From: an uncultured bacterium
Lineage (GTDB): Bacteria; Zixibacteria; MSB-5A5; CAIYYT01
Direction of reading: 5' to 3'
DNA: 64,000 nt
Assembly (NCBI GenBank): GCA_963726455.1
Contig: CAVSCK010000003.1
Coordinates: 128,001 to 192,000 of the forward strand
Shown: one piece after another, positions 42,801-50,527 of the stretch
How positions within the stretch are numbered: the first letter of the stretch is position 1
How the letters are laid out: each line of letters starts with the position of its first letter
The notes under the pieces: model-generated
Databases searched by the model: none
The model's input: the letters and a program-made list of their open reading frames with translations, nothing else
Told to the model about the DNA's origin: nothing
Made by a program: the position numbers and the translations under genes

Positions 42801-43662
42801 GAATGTAGTCCTCACCGCCGAAAACTCCGTCCTCCTCGCCGTGAACCGCAATGGCCACTTCCGCAAGCGAGTCCCGCGCGCTGGAGTTGGGAATTGGCAG
42901 TGTTTTTCCGCCGGCGCTGAACAGACGCAAACTGCGCGGATCGACCGTTGCGACATCGATGCCTGCCGTCGACAAATCGGTGCGGGTAATCTTGTAAATG
43001 CCTCTCGTCTTAATTGCTATCCTCAGCCAGTTCGTCGACTGTGAAAACGGATTATATGTGGTTCCCTGTGCGGAGACTGAAGTCTTCGGATACCAGGTTT
43101 CCCTCTGATCGGAATTGATTGCAAGATTGGCAATTACGTTATCCAGCGGTCCGTCCGGACGCGAAGAACTGGTTTCTGGTATGCCTTCGAACTGTATGTG
43201 GACGTCTGCTCCAACTACCTTGCGAAGCTCGGAACCTTGGCTCCCAGCTTCAGGGATGAGAACCGAACAAAGAGCCTTGGAGCGGACAGTGACAACCTTG
43301 CCAAGGCGTATCTTCGCAAGTGAATCCGGAGGTGCGGTTGCCGTACCGGCTGCACTTCCGAGATTCAGCGAACTGCTTATCAGGCGCGGAGTTGTGCCTC
43401 GCGGCACCAGGAACATGATTACATGTGTATTGACAAAGGATGTGTCATCAACCGGAACTGCCACTTGCGATGCCTTGTTTAGATCACCGGCAACACTGGC
43501 TTTCCCTGACTTCGAGATGGAATCCCCAAAGGACACGCCGAACGACAGGTCGGTGGCAGAAGAAGCAACCACTGACACGGCTGACTGCGTATTTGCGAAT
43601 AGCTGGTTTGTGCCTAATATGAGATATGATATGAGAAGGGTTAACGCGCAGAATTGTGACAC
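39814..43662 (-). CDS. porU: T9SS sortase PorU (gingipain-like peptidase C25) with CTD
   Basis: GIYKIT, QFSGGM.DPIAIRDFL, YIGHG (catalytic His), ASC (catalytic Cys), GDP, D..GP, KAWD..NNSS and CTD YPNP...NGVY. Confidence 0.92.
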   Translation of the reverse strand: MSQFCALTLLISYLILGTNQLFANTQSAVSVVASSATDLSFGVSFGDSISKSGKASVAGDLNKASQVAVPVDDTSFVNTHVIMFLVPRGTTPRLISSSLNLGSAAGTATAPPDSLAKIRLGKVVTVRSKALCSVLIPEAGSQGSELRKVVGADVHIQFEGIPETSSSRPDGPLDNVIANLAINSDQRETWYPKTSVSAQGTTYNPFSQSTNWLRIAIKTRGIYKITRTDLSTAGIDVATVDPRSLRLFSAGGKTLPIPNSSARDSLAEVAIAVHGEEDGVFGGEDYILFYANGPDFWDWSDALTYRLNPYGDRNVFYLTYGGSFGWSPRRMATVNGTETAATDTVRTFVDPLHFEDEKVLASHGGVIEDYFHWYWSDNPTVDIFLNLPAPVEGAWQNFRVRGYSGQMAVRLNGTDLTPDSTRTPFFYFHSDRFDSALNQIGLTLTASPYGTLTDYIEINYERPVILPATGELVLFGDTSDVSHNYQIAGGSLTTAVLDVTDIGNQKLVAPLYGSDFVEFVSTPTVAGGKVFALATDAAIRKPFSIVATQIDDIRSSSNGADLIIIAHDNFYSQAVDFANYRANHDGIRVRVVRISDVYAQFSGGMMDPIAIRDFLRYAYGNWSGARPSFCLLAGDGVYDFRNDMGKGGVNYVPPYIVPNDSTISDENFVYFGEPYELDADNSYPTDRGVDMVIARWPVKTAGEFQVVAQKMMNYEAAANNGSWRNLVTLIADDLNHPGSGPEIQHTVDSEQLASGSIPPKFDLNKVYGVDYPFVGNEKPAAREAIIRSINNGTLLVNYIGHGNPNLWADERMFRRIQDIPQLHNSDRLPLIFNASCSIGFFDDPLSEGMAEELLRYPSGGAVGTVSATRLVFSRPNFLFNQAAFAQLFNGKDYTIAEAVYVAKLLRQGSWDARDNDRKYIYIGDPMTRLGVAPDQINFVTFQPDSLVALTVTELAGQVEDKNGALQSGFSGTATVSVFDNERTRRFQYTATTDSSYVQYGPEIYRGKVDVTSGVFNLKFVVPKDVSYGGTRARISGYAVSANSGAAGYVFPIAIGSINTSVNDTTGPDLAVYFADDPAKSDNAQISQDAKVTLDLFDSLGINLSGDIGHGIELVIDDSREMTYALTDSFVYNPGSYQRGKAVITLPKLNPGEHRLRAKAWDSANNSSQKEIAFKVSSASGLEIAQLLCYPNPVADKCQFAYILSDDASDVTLKVFTVSGLEILSLSNLPQSSGYHDGIHWDLRDTDGDIIANGVYIFQLSAKPADSQDNKRIMSASKLVVMK

Positions 43663-43663
43663 T

Positions 43664-43808
43664 GTTTTATCGACCTTATATTAGAGCATTCGAGTATAGC
43701 TGCCGGAGTTACTGATGTAAACAAAAAATCCAGCTACCCAACGTGCTCTGGTTTTCGGATGTACTTCTGCCAAGGCAGAGTTACACTTTACCTATCGGTC
43801 GATAAAAC
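43664..43808 (-). ncRNA. Candidate structured 5'-leader RNA of the porU cluster
   Basis: 12-bp perfect closing stem 43664-75/43797-808, nested stems 43683-88/43744-49 and 43697-702/43731-36, and a CUUG-tetraloop hairpin at 43760-85. Lies between a promoter and the porU GTG. Confidence 0.55.
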
Positions 43809-43834
43809 CTCTCTGATTCTCCTTCGTCCAATAG

Positions 43835-43864
43835 AAAATAACGGCTAAGTTGCTGATTTGTCAA
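43835..43864 (-). promoter_or_regulatory. Sigma70-type promoter TTGACA-N18-TATTTT for the porU cluster
   Basis: Consensus -35 and near-consensus -10, ~170 nt upstream of porU. Confidence 0.6.
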
Positions 43865-44085
43865 GTGCCACGTCCAAATTCCTGCAATTTCCTTGCCGGG
43901 GAAACGGCTCAGAATGCGAAATCGGCCATTTTCCGGCTTTCGCTGCTCTGAATCGGCAAAATTGAGCAGAAAAAGAAGCCGGACGGAAATCTTTTGACGC
44001 TGGCAGAATCCCCAAATTTGCACTGATATGCACAATATGTGAGCCGGCTTGTCGTCCGTGCAACCTTGGGCAGCCAAAAGAGTAC

Positions 44086-44113
44086 TTGAATTTGCGGAGC
44101 GATTTAGTATACT
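44086..44113 (+). promoter_or_regulatory. Sigma70-type promoter TTGAAT-N16-TATACT for the dockerin protein gene
   Basis: Followed by the hairpin AAGTCCA...TGGACTT and an AGGAGA RBS before the ATG at 44163. Confidence 0.5.
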
Positions 44114-44162
44114 AAGTCCAAGACTTACCTCAAGTAATGGACTTACCGGCAGGAGATTCGCA

Positions 44163-45563
44163 ATGCATCGTGTAGTAATTGCACTGGCTTTAATAGGATT
44201 GTTACTTGCCTCTGCTAATTCCAACGGGCAACACTTTCCCACACCTTATGTTCCATCAGCTCACAGCGCCACGGGGACGAGCACGACATTTCAATTCGAT
44301 ATCCCCTCGACATCTCTGGTCGATTCAACCATGACGCATCAATTGGTGTATCGCGATACGACATCACTGGGCTGGATTCATACGGTGATGGCAGAGCTCT
44401 ATCAGTCTTGCACGACCTCAACATACAGCGCCGCCATCAATTTCACTCCTCCATCCGGAACCATGGAATGGTATTTCCGGTCCGAGGGCGACACGGTAGT
44501 CATTAGTATGTCGCCAAAAAACAGCGCGAATACTTTTCCTTTACCTTCGCATATGATGGCCGACATGGGAAGCGATTCCGTCGGTGACGCCGTCGGTGCT
44601 ACCGGTCCGTATCTCGACCTGACCGGAATGCAGATGGGATATTCAGACACCAAAATCTACGCCCGCATCACAAATGTCAGCGGCGGTTACCCCACCAATT
44701 CCGGCACAACGTTTTTTCTCTATGGTGTCGGAGTGATCAATCCTGACGAGACTGATTCAGTCGGCTACGCGATGATATATGTCAACGTGCCGTTCATTAT
44801 GACATCGGGATTATATCGCATCAATCCGGTCGATACATCATTCAGCAAGATCGGCAACATCAGCACTAACATTTCGGGCACTGCGTTGTCGATGTCGTGC
44901 AATATCAGCGACTTGACGGCGCAACCGGGATGGGGAGTCTGGCCGCCGCCATCAGGATTTATTCTGACCGCGCCGATGACTGCCACGCAGACGCTCTCCG
45001 GGTTCACGACCAACGACGTCGGCAAGGGTGGCGTGTTCCTGCCGTCCTCGCACATTATTCACTTTGGTGGATCCAACGCTGCACCGACTCTCACCGGTGT
45101 GTCGATTGTAGCTTCGCCGCCTGACACAGTTAAAGCACAAGTTACATATACTGACGCTAACAAAGATCTGCCGGTTTTGCGTGAGCTATACTTCGGCGCT
45201 CAGGTTTACCTGATGACTGCTTGCGAGAAGAGTTACGGTTCAGGCGCAGTATTTGGCATGGAACTCACTACCGGCACCTCCGGCTGGTTTCAATATCATT
45301 TCCGATTTTCAGATGGACGCGACACGGTGACGACGCCGGTCGATTCTCTGCACGTAGTTATTCCCGTTCGCGGCGATGCTGACGGAAGCGGCAGCATTGA
45401 TATATCGGACGTGGTCTTCCTGATATCCTATATCTTTTCCGGCGGTCCGTCGCCAAATCCTCTCTTTACGGGGGATGCCAATTGTGACGGCGCCGTGGAT
45501 ATCAGCGATGCGGTTTATCTCATCGCATATATCTTCTCCGGCGGTCCGGCGCCCTGTAAGTAG
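44163..45563 (+). CDS. Secreted protein with C-terminal dockerin type I-like duplicated Ca-binding repeat
   Basis: Signal peptide MHRVVIALALIGLLLASA. C-terminus GDADGSGSIDISDVVFLISYIFSGGP...GDANCDGAVDISDAVYLIAYIFSGGPAP. Confidence 0.85.
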   Translation: MHRVVIALALIGLLLASANSNGQHFPTPYVPSAHSATGTSTTFQFDIPSTSLVDSTMTHQLVYRDTTSLGWIHTVMAELYQSCTTSTYSAAINFTPPSGTMEWYFRSEGDTVVISMSPKNSANTFPLPSHMMADMGSDSVGDAVGATGPYLDLTGMQMGYSDTKIYARITNVSGGYPTNSGTTFFLYGVGVINPDETDSVGYAMIYVNVPFIMTSGLYRINPVDTSFSKIGNISTNISGTALSMSCNISDLTAQPGWGVWPPPSGFILTAPMTATQTLSGFTTNDVGKGGVFLPSSHIIHFGGSNAAPTLTGVSIVASPPDTVKAQVTYTDANKDLPVLRELYFGAQVYLMTACEKSYGSGAVFGMELTTGTSGWFQYHFRFSDGRDTVTTPVDSLHVVIPVRGDADGSGSIDISDVVFLISYIFSGGPSPNPLFTGDANCDGAVDISDAVYLIAYIFSGGPAPCK

Positions 45564-45707
45564 TCGGTCACTGTCAGCACTATCGCGTATCCTCAATGTC
45601 AGGGGTGACTTGGCATCGACTGGGGTTTGGCAAACGGGTTGTCTTCAGAGTTTTTCTGCAGCCGGAACCCACAGTCGCGTAACCAGCTACGTAAAAAGAT
45701 AAAATGA

Positions 45708-45736
45708 TTGACGCGTGCGCGGGAAATTGCTACTTT
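45708..45736 (+). promoter_or_regulatory. Sigma70-type promoter TTGACG-N17-(TGc)TACTTT, probably leaderless
   Basis: The -10 ends 7 nt before the ATG at 45744, and there is no SD. Confidence 0.6.
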
Positions 45737-45743
45737 CTTCACA

Positions 45744-46727
45744 ATGATAAAGAGCGACGAACTAAAGGAGTTGGCGAAACCGATCGAGGCGGACTTACAG
45801 CGTATTGCGAAATTGGAATCGAAAACGCTGAAGAATGAATCGCCTCTGATTTTTGCCATATCCAGACATATTCTTAACAGCCGGGGCAAGCGCCTCCGGC
45901 CGCTGTTCACCTTTCTGATCAGCAAGACTACCGGCTTTAAGTCCCCTTATCTTGTCGAGGCGGCGCTGGCAGTTGAGATGATTCATACAGCGACGCTGCT
46001 GCATGATGACGTTGTTGATGAATCGGAGACGAGGCGCGGCGTCAATACCGTCAACAGCAAATGGAATAATCTCATTTCCGTGTTGATGGGTGACTATTTC
46101 TTCGCCAAGGCGTTCACGCTGCTGGTCAAGACCGGCTCTCCCGAAATGCTGAAGCGCGTATCAATGGCGACCGAACGGGTGGCTGTCGGGGAGTTGCGCC
46201 AGATTGAGGAATCGTTCAATTACGAACTGACTGAGGAAGAATATCTGAAGATCATTTCCGATAAGACGGCATCGCTATTCCAGACATCCGCGGTCTCGCC
46301 GCCGCTGCTTCATGGCGCGCCCGCGGCAATGGTCGACCGGTTGGCGAAGTTCGGGGAGTTGGCCGGCTGCGCGTTTCAGATTGCTGACGACCTCTTGGAC
46401 TTCGTTGGCGAAGAAAAGCGTACCGGTAAGAAACCGGGCAACGATCTCGTGCAGGGGAAGATCACGCTGCCACTGATATATTCGTTCGGGAGGAGCCAGA
46501 CGCGCACTCGACAGAGCGTTATCAAAATTCTCGAAAAGGGCCTGAAGAAAGATGATTTCGGGCGCGTGCTCGATTTTGTTCACACCTCGGGCGGAATTGA
46601 TTATGCCCGCGAACGCGCCAGTTCACTTGCAGACAAAGCCCTTTCCTATCTGGAGCCGTTTAGCGGCAATCGCTATTACGAGTCACTGGAGCGACTGGCT
46701 ACGTTCTCCATAAATCGTGACGTTTAA
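45744..46727 (+). CDS. ispB: Long-chain polyprenyl diphosphate synthase (IspB/HepT-like)
   Basis: GKRLRP, HTATLLHDDVVD..RRG, GD, KTA and FQIADDLLD motifs. Ala at -5 of the first DDxxD points to a long-chain product. Confidence 0.85.
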   Translation: MIKSDELKELAKPIEADLQRIAKLESKTLKNESPLIFAISRHILNSRGKRLRPLFTFLISKTTGFKSPYLVEAALAVEMIHTATLLHDDVVDESETRRGVNTVNSKWNNLISVLMGDYFFAKAFTLLVKTGSPEMLKRVSMATERVAVGELRQIEESFNYELTEEEYLKIISDKTASLFQTSAVSPPLLHGAPAAMVDRLAKFGELAGCAFQIADDLLDFVGEEKRTGKKPGNDLVQGKITLPLIYSFGRSQTRTRQSVIKILEKGLKKDDFGRVLDFVHTSGGIDYARERASSLADKALSYLEPFSGNRYYESLERLATFSINRDV

Positions 46728-46774
46728 TCCTTCAGAATTCATCCGCTGCTCAAACTGAGAGTATAAGTTATCAG

Positions 46775-48961
46775 ATGCAGCATATCGTCTTAGTCGCAGG
46801 TTACAGCATCGCCTTTACGACCGTGTGGCCGTGGTTGATTGCTTTGGTATTCGTGGCCGCCCTGGTTGCCACGTACTTCTACTACCGGCGCACCAACCCC
46901 ATGTTGCCACGCAAACTGCGAATTCTCCTCGGCGTGATTCGCGGGCTGGCCCTCGCGGCGCTGTTCTTCGTGTTTGCCGAGCCGCTCCTGGTGATCAAAC
47001 ACACGGATAGCAAGCAACCGACAGTCGCCGTTGTAGTTGATAATTCGTCTTCCATGTCGCAGAATCGAAATTCAGCAGACCAGTTCAAGGCCATCGAAAG
47101 CTACGTGAAAGACGTCGAGTCCAAGATACCCGCCGGTACGCAAGTCGTGTGGTATGCGCTGGCAGACACGCTCAACCAGGATGCCAAGATTACCGGCACC
47201 ATGCCGGTAACAGCTATTGGTGACGGACTGAACGATCTGGCTGAGATGTATGACAATCAAAATCTTCAGGGTGTCGTGTTGTTGACTGACGGTGTCTCGA
47301 ACGTCGGTCGCAACCCCGTGACCGAAGCGAGAAAACTGGGTGTGCCAATTACGACTGTCGGATTTGGCAGCCCGAATCCGCTGCCTGATATCCGGGTCGT
47401 CGACGTCAACTGCAATCCCATCGGGTTTGCCGGCAAGGATTTTCCGGTGCAGGTCGTCATTGAGTCCCGCGGATTCGAGAATTTGCGGCTGCCGGTGCGA
47501 ATAAGAGCCGGCCAGACCGTCCTCGCTCAGCAGGAAGTTGATTTGGTGGGAAATGGCAAACAGCAGACTGTTTCGCTGTCATTCACACCTCAGTCGGAAG
47601 GCACCCTGACACTGGAAGCATCCACGCCCGTGCAGTCCAATGAGGAATCGGAAAAGAACAACAGCAAACAAGTGCAGGTCAAGATCCGCAGGAGCCAGAT
47701 CAAGATTCTGCTCGGAATGGCCTATCTCAACTGGGAATACAAGTTCCTGAACCAGACTCTTTCAGCCAAGAAGGACTTCAGCGTTGATACCTATATCGAC
47801 TCCAAACAGCGAATCGGCGGCACGATACCGTTTCCCGAGAACATCGACGCCCTGAACGAGTACGATGCGATCTTTCTTTATGATTTCGACGGCGACTGGC
47901 TGAATCGGCACAAGCAGCTCTTCGATGCCTTTTTCGAACGCTCCGGCAAGGGATTATTCTTCATCGCCGGCGAAAATTTCGGCAGCAAGCCAAGGGACGG
48001 ATATGCCGAAGAATTTCTTCCCTATCGCTTTACCCAGGGCATGCGGACGATTGTTCAACAGCCGACGCCCATGACTCTGACTGAGCGCGGGAAGATTCAT
48101 CCCATCATGAGACTCGCGGACGACGTCGGCCAGACGCAGCGTTTCCTCAATGCGTTGCCACCCTTTTCGGGGTTCCTGCAGTCGGCGCAAGTTAACCGGG
48201 AAGCTATCGTAATCGCCACTGGGCCGTCGGCAATACTTGGCGACGCAGAGAGTCCGATCATGGCAGTTCAGCGTTATCACAATAGCAAGATTGCTCTGTT
48301 GTCGGCGTTTCCACTTTGGAAGCTTGACTTCCTGTCAAAGGGCGTCAACGACGCCGATTCAACTGTGACGCACATTCTCGATAATATGGTGCTGTGGCTG
48401 GTGGCGCGGGATGATGTCGAACGTATCGCGATTACACCCGACAAGCCCATTTTTGTTGCCGGTGAAGCGGTGCGGTTGAATGCCAGAGTATTGGACGAAA
48501 GTTATCAGCCGGTCGCCGACGCTGAAGTTGAAGCGCGGCTGACCAACCCGCAGAGCCCCAAGGATTCGAGCGTCGTCAGTTTCCAGATGATCCGACCGGG
48601 AAGCTATCTCGCGACTCTGCACTATCTCCCATCGGGCAACTATGATGTGCACGGCACGATCAAGCGCGACAAAGTCCAAATCGGTACACCAAGCACGAAC
48701 TTCTCAGTGGAACCATACAGTCTAGAGGATCTGTCGCATATCTCTGACTTTGATATGCTCAAGCGCATCAGCGAAGTTTCGGGCGGTCAATTCTATCCCG
48801 CCCCTGACACGGCGGCGATACCCCGCTTCGCTGCTCACCAAGTCAAGACAACCGTGCGACGATCCGAGATTGGCCTATTCGATCATCCCCTGCTCTTGGG
48901 CATCATCATTGTTGCACTGTGCGTGGAATGGTATCTGCGGAAGCGGTATCAGCTACTCTAG
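46775..48961 (+). CDS. Membrane-anchored vWA-domain protein with Ig-like and GATase-like domains
   Basis: N-terminal TMs, MIDAS DNSSSM, LLTDG, NN Ig motif and terminal TM ...VEWYLRKR. Confidence 0.75.
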   Translation: MQHIVLVAGYSIAFTTVWPWLIALVFVAALVATYFYYRRTNPMLPRKLRILLGVIRGLALAALFFVFAEPLLVIKHTDSKQPTVAVVVDNSSSMSQNRNSADQFKAIESYVKDVESKIPAGTQVVWYALADTLNQDAKITGTMPVTAIGDGLNDLAEMYDNQNLQGVVLLTDGVSNVGRNPVTEARKLGVPITTVGFGSPNPLPDIRVVDVNCNPIGFAGKDFPVQVVIESRGFENLRLPVRIRAGQTVLAQQEVDLVGNGKQQTVSLSFTPQSEGTLTLEASTPVQSNEESEKNNSKQVQVKIRRSQIKILLGMAYLNWEYKFLNQTLSAKKDFSVDTYIDSKQRIGGTIPFPENIDALNEYDAIFLYDFDGDWLNRHKQLFDAFFERSGKGLFFIAGENFGSKPRDGYAEEFLPYRFTQGMRTIVQQPTPMTLTERGKIHPIMRLADDVGQTQRFLNALPPFSGFLQSAQVNREAIVIATGPSAILGDAESPIMAVQRYHNSKIALLSAFPLWKLDFLSKGVNDADSTVTHILDNMVLWLVARDDVERIAITPDKPIFVAGEAVRLNARVLDESYQPVADAEVEARLTNPQSPKDSSVVSFQMIRPGSYLATLHYLPSGNYDVHGTIKRDKVQIGTPSTNFSVEPYSLEDLSHISDFDMLKRISEVSGGQFYPAPDTAAIPRFAAHQVKTTVRRSEIGLFDHPLLLGIIIVALCVEWYLRKRYQLL

Positions 48962-48976
48962 TCGCAACTCAATCAG

Positions 48977-50527
48977 CTATTCCCACTCGATGGTTGCCGG
49001 CGGTTTGGAACTAATGTCGTAAACGACGCGGTTCACGCCTTTAACATTGTTAATAATCAAATTTGAGGCCTCGCCGAGAACCTCGTGCGGAATCTTTGCC
49101 CAATCGGCGGTCATGCCGTCCATCGATGTGACGGCACGGAGCGCGACCACGTAATCATAAGTCCGCTCGTCACCCATTACACCGACAGTTTTGATAGGTA
49201 GCAGCGTCGAAAACGCCTGCCAGATTTCATCGTAAAGATCTCTCTTACGCAGCAGATCGATGAAAATTGCGTCGACCTTACGAAGTATACTCAATCGTTC
49301 GGGAGTGATTTCTCCGAGAACGCGCACCGCCAGACCCGGACCGGGGAATGGATGCCGTCCCAGTATGTGATGCGCCAGTCCGAGTTGGCTGCCGATTTCG
49401 CGGACTTCATCTTTAAACAACTCCCGCAACGGTTCGATCAACTCCAGATGCATCTTATCCGGAAGCCCCCCGACATTGTGATGGGATTTGATCGTCGCTG
49501 ACGGCCCCTTGAAGGATACGGATTCGATGACATCAGGATAGAGTGTGCCCTGTGCAAGATACTTAATGTCGCCGTATCTGGTTGCCTCGCTCTCGAAAAC
49601 CTCAATGAAGATCCGACCAATGATTTTGCGTTTCTGTTCCGGATCGGTCACGCCTTTCAATTGATCAAGGAATTGCTCCGCGGCATCGACTCGGACAACG
49701 TGCAGGTCGAGATGGTCGAGTGCCTCCAGCACCTCATTTTCCTCGTTCTGGCGCAGCAGGCCGTTGTCAACGAATACGGCAACCAACCGATCACCAATAG
49801 CCCGGCGTAATAACAGGCCGGCGACTGCCGAGTCCACGCCGCCTGATATTCCCAGCACCACCTTCGAATTCCCTACCCGATTACGAATGTCCGCAACAGT
49901 CCGTTCGACAAACGAAGTCATCGTCCAGTCACCGGATATGTGGCAAATGTCAAACAGGAAATTGTGAAGTATCGTGCGACCATGTTCGGTATGAACAACT
50001 TCCGGATGAAATTGCAGACAGTATATCGCCGCCGCCTCGTTATCCATTGCCGCCACCGCAACATCACTTGTGGATGCAGTCACTACAAACCCGGGCGGCA
50101 AGGTCTTGATCGTATCGCCATGGCTCATCCAGACCGTTGATTTCGCGGGGAGGTTGTGGAACAACGCCGTCGATACATCTGCTTCAACTATGGCGCGGCC
50201 ATATTCGCGCGATTCGCTGCGCACCAGGCATCCGCCAAAATGTCTGCCGACCAGCTGCATTCCGTAACAGACACCGAGAACCGGAATCTTCAAATCGAAG
50301 AAGCGGTGATCGGCATCGGGCGCGCCCGGTTCCAACACGGAGGCCGGACCGCCGGAAAGAATAATGCCCTTGATGTTGCGAACCTTAAGCTTTTCAAACG
50401 CCACGTTGCAGGGATGAATTTCGCAGTAGACATGCATCTCGCGCACTCGGCGTGCGATCAACTGCGTGTATTGAGAGCCAAAATCCAGGATGAGGATCAG
50501 TTCATTCGCCTGTGATGTCATATCCAC
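48977..50527 (-). CDS. guaA: GMP synthase (glutamine-hydrolysing)
   Basis: LDFGSQYTQLIARR, GVCYGMQ, QFHPEV, SGGVDS, IKSHHNVGGLP and KPPATIEWE motifs. Confidence 0.98.
   Translation of the reverse strand: MDMTSQANELILILDFGSQYTQLIARRVREMHVYCEIHPCNVAFEKLKVRNIKGIILSGGPASVLEPGAPDADHRFFDLKIPVLGVCYGMQLVGRHFGGCLVRSESREYGRAIVEADVSTALFHNLPAKSTVWMSHGDTIKTLPPGFVVTASTSDVAVAAMDNEAAAIYCLQFHPEVVHTEHGRTILHNFLFDICHISGDWTMTSFVERTVADIRNRVGNSKVVLGISGGVDSAVAGLLLRRAIGDRLVAVFVDNGLLRQNEENEVLEALDHLDLHVVRVDAAEQFLDQLKGVTDPEQKRKIIGRIFIEVFESEATRYGDIKYLAQGTLYPDVIESVSFKGPSATIKSHHNVGGLPDKMHLELIEPLRELFKDEVREIGSQLGLAHHILGRHPFPGPGLAVRVLGEITPERLSILRKVDAIFIDLLRKRDLYDEIWQAFSTLLPIKTVGVMGDERTYDYVVALRAVTSMDGMTADWAKIPHEVLGEASNLIINNVKGVNRVVYDISSKPPATIEWE

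Noticed and set aside
43664-43808. Interpretation as a MITE or as 6S RNA
   Set aside because: There is no clear target-site duplication and no second copy in the window. The three-way architecture and short closing stem do not fit the 6S rod, and the 3' end abuts the porU start. Not fully excluded without a genome-wide search.
43781-44242. 153-aa minus-strand ORF and the upstream extension of the dockerin ORF to 44049
   Set aside because: They overlap promoter elements and lack protein-like composition. The RBS and signal peptide support the ATG at 44163.
45744-46727. Polyprenyl synthase as the GGPP supplier for the DGGGPS-like enzyme
   Set aside because: A small residue (Ala) five positions before the first DDxxD indicates a long-chain quinone-type product.
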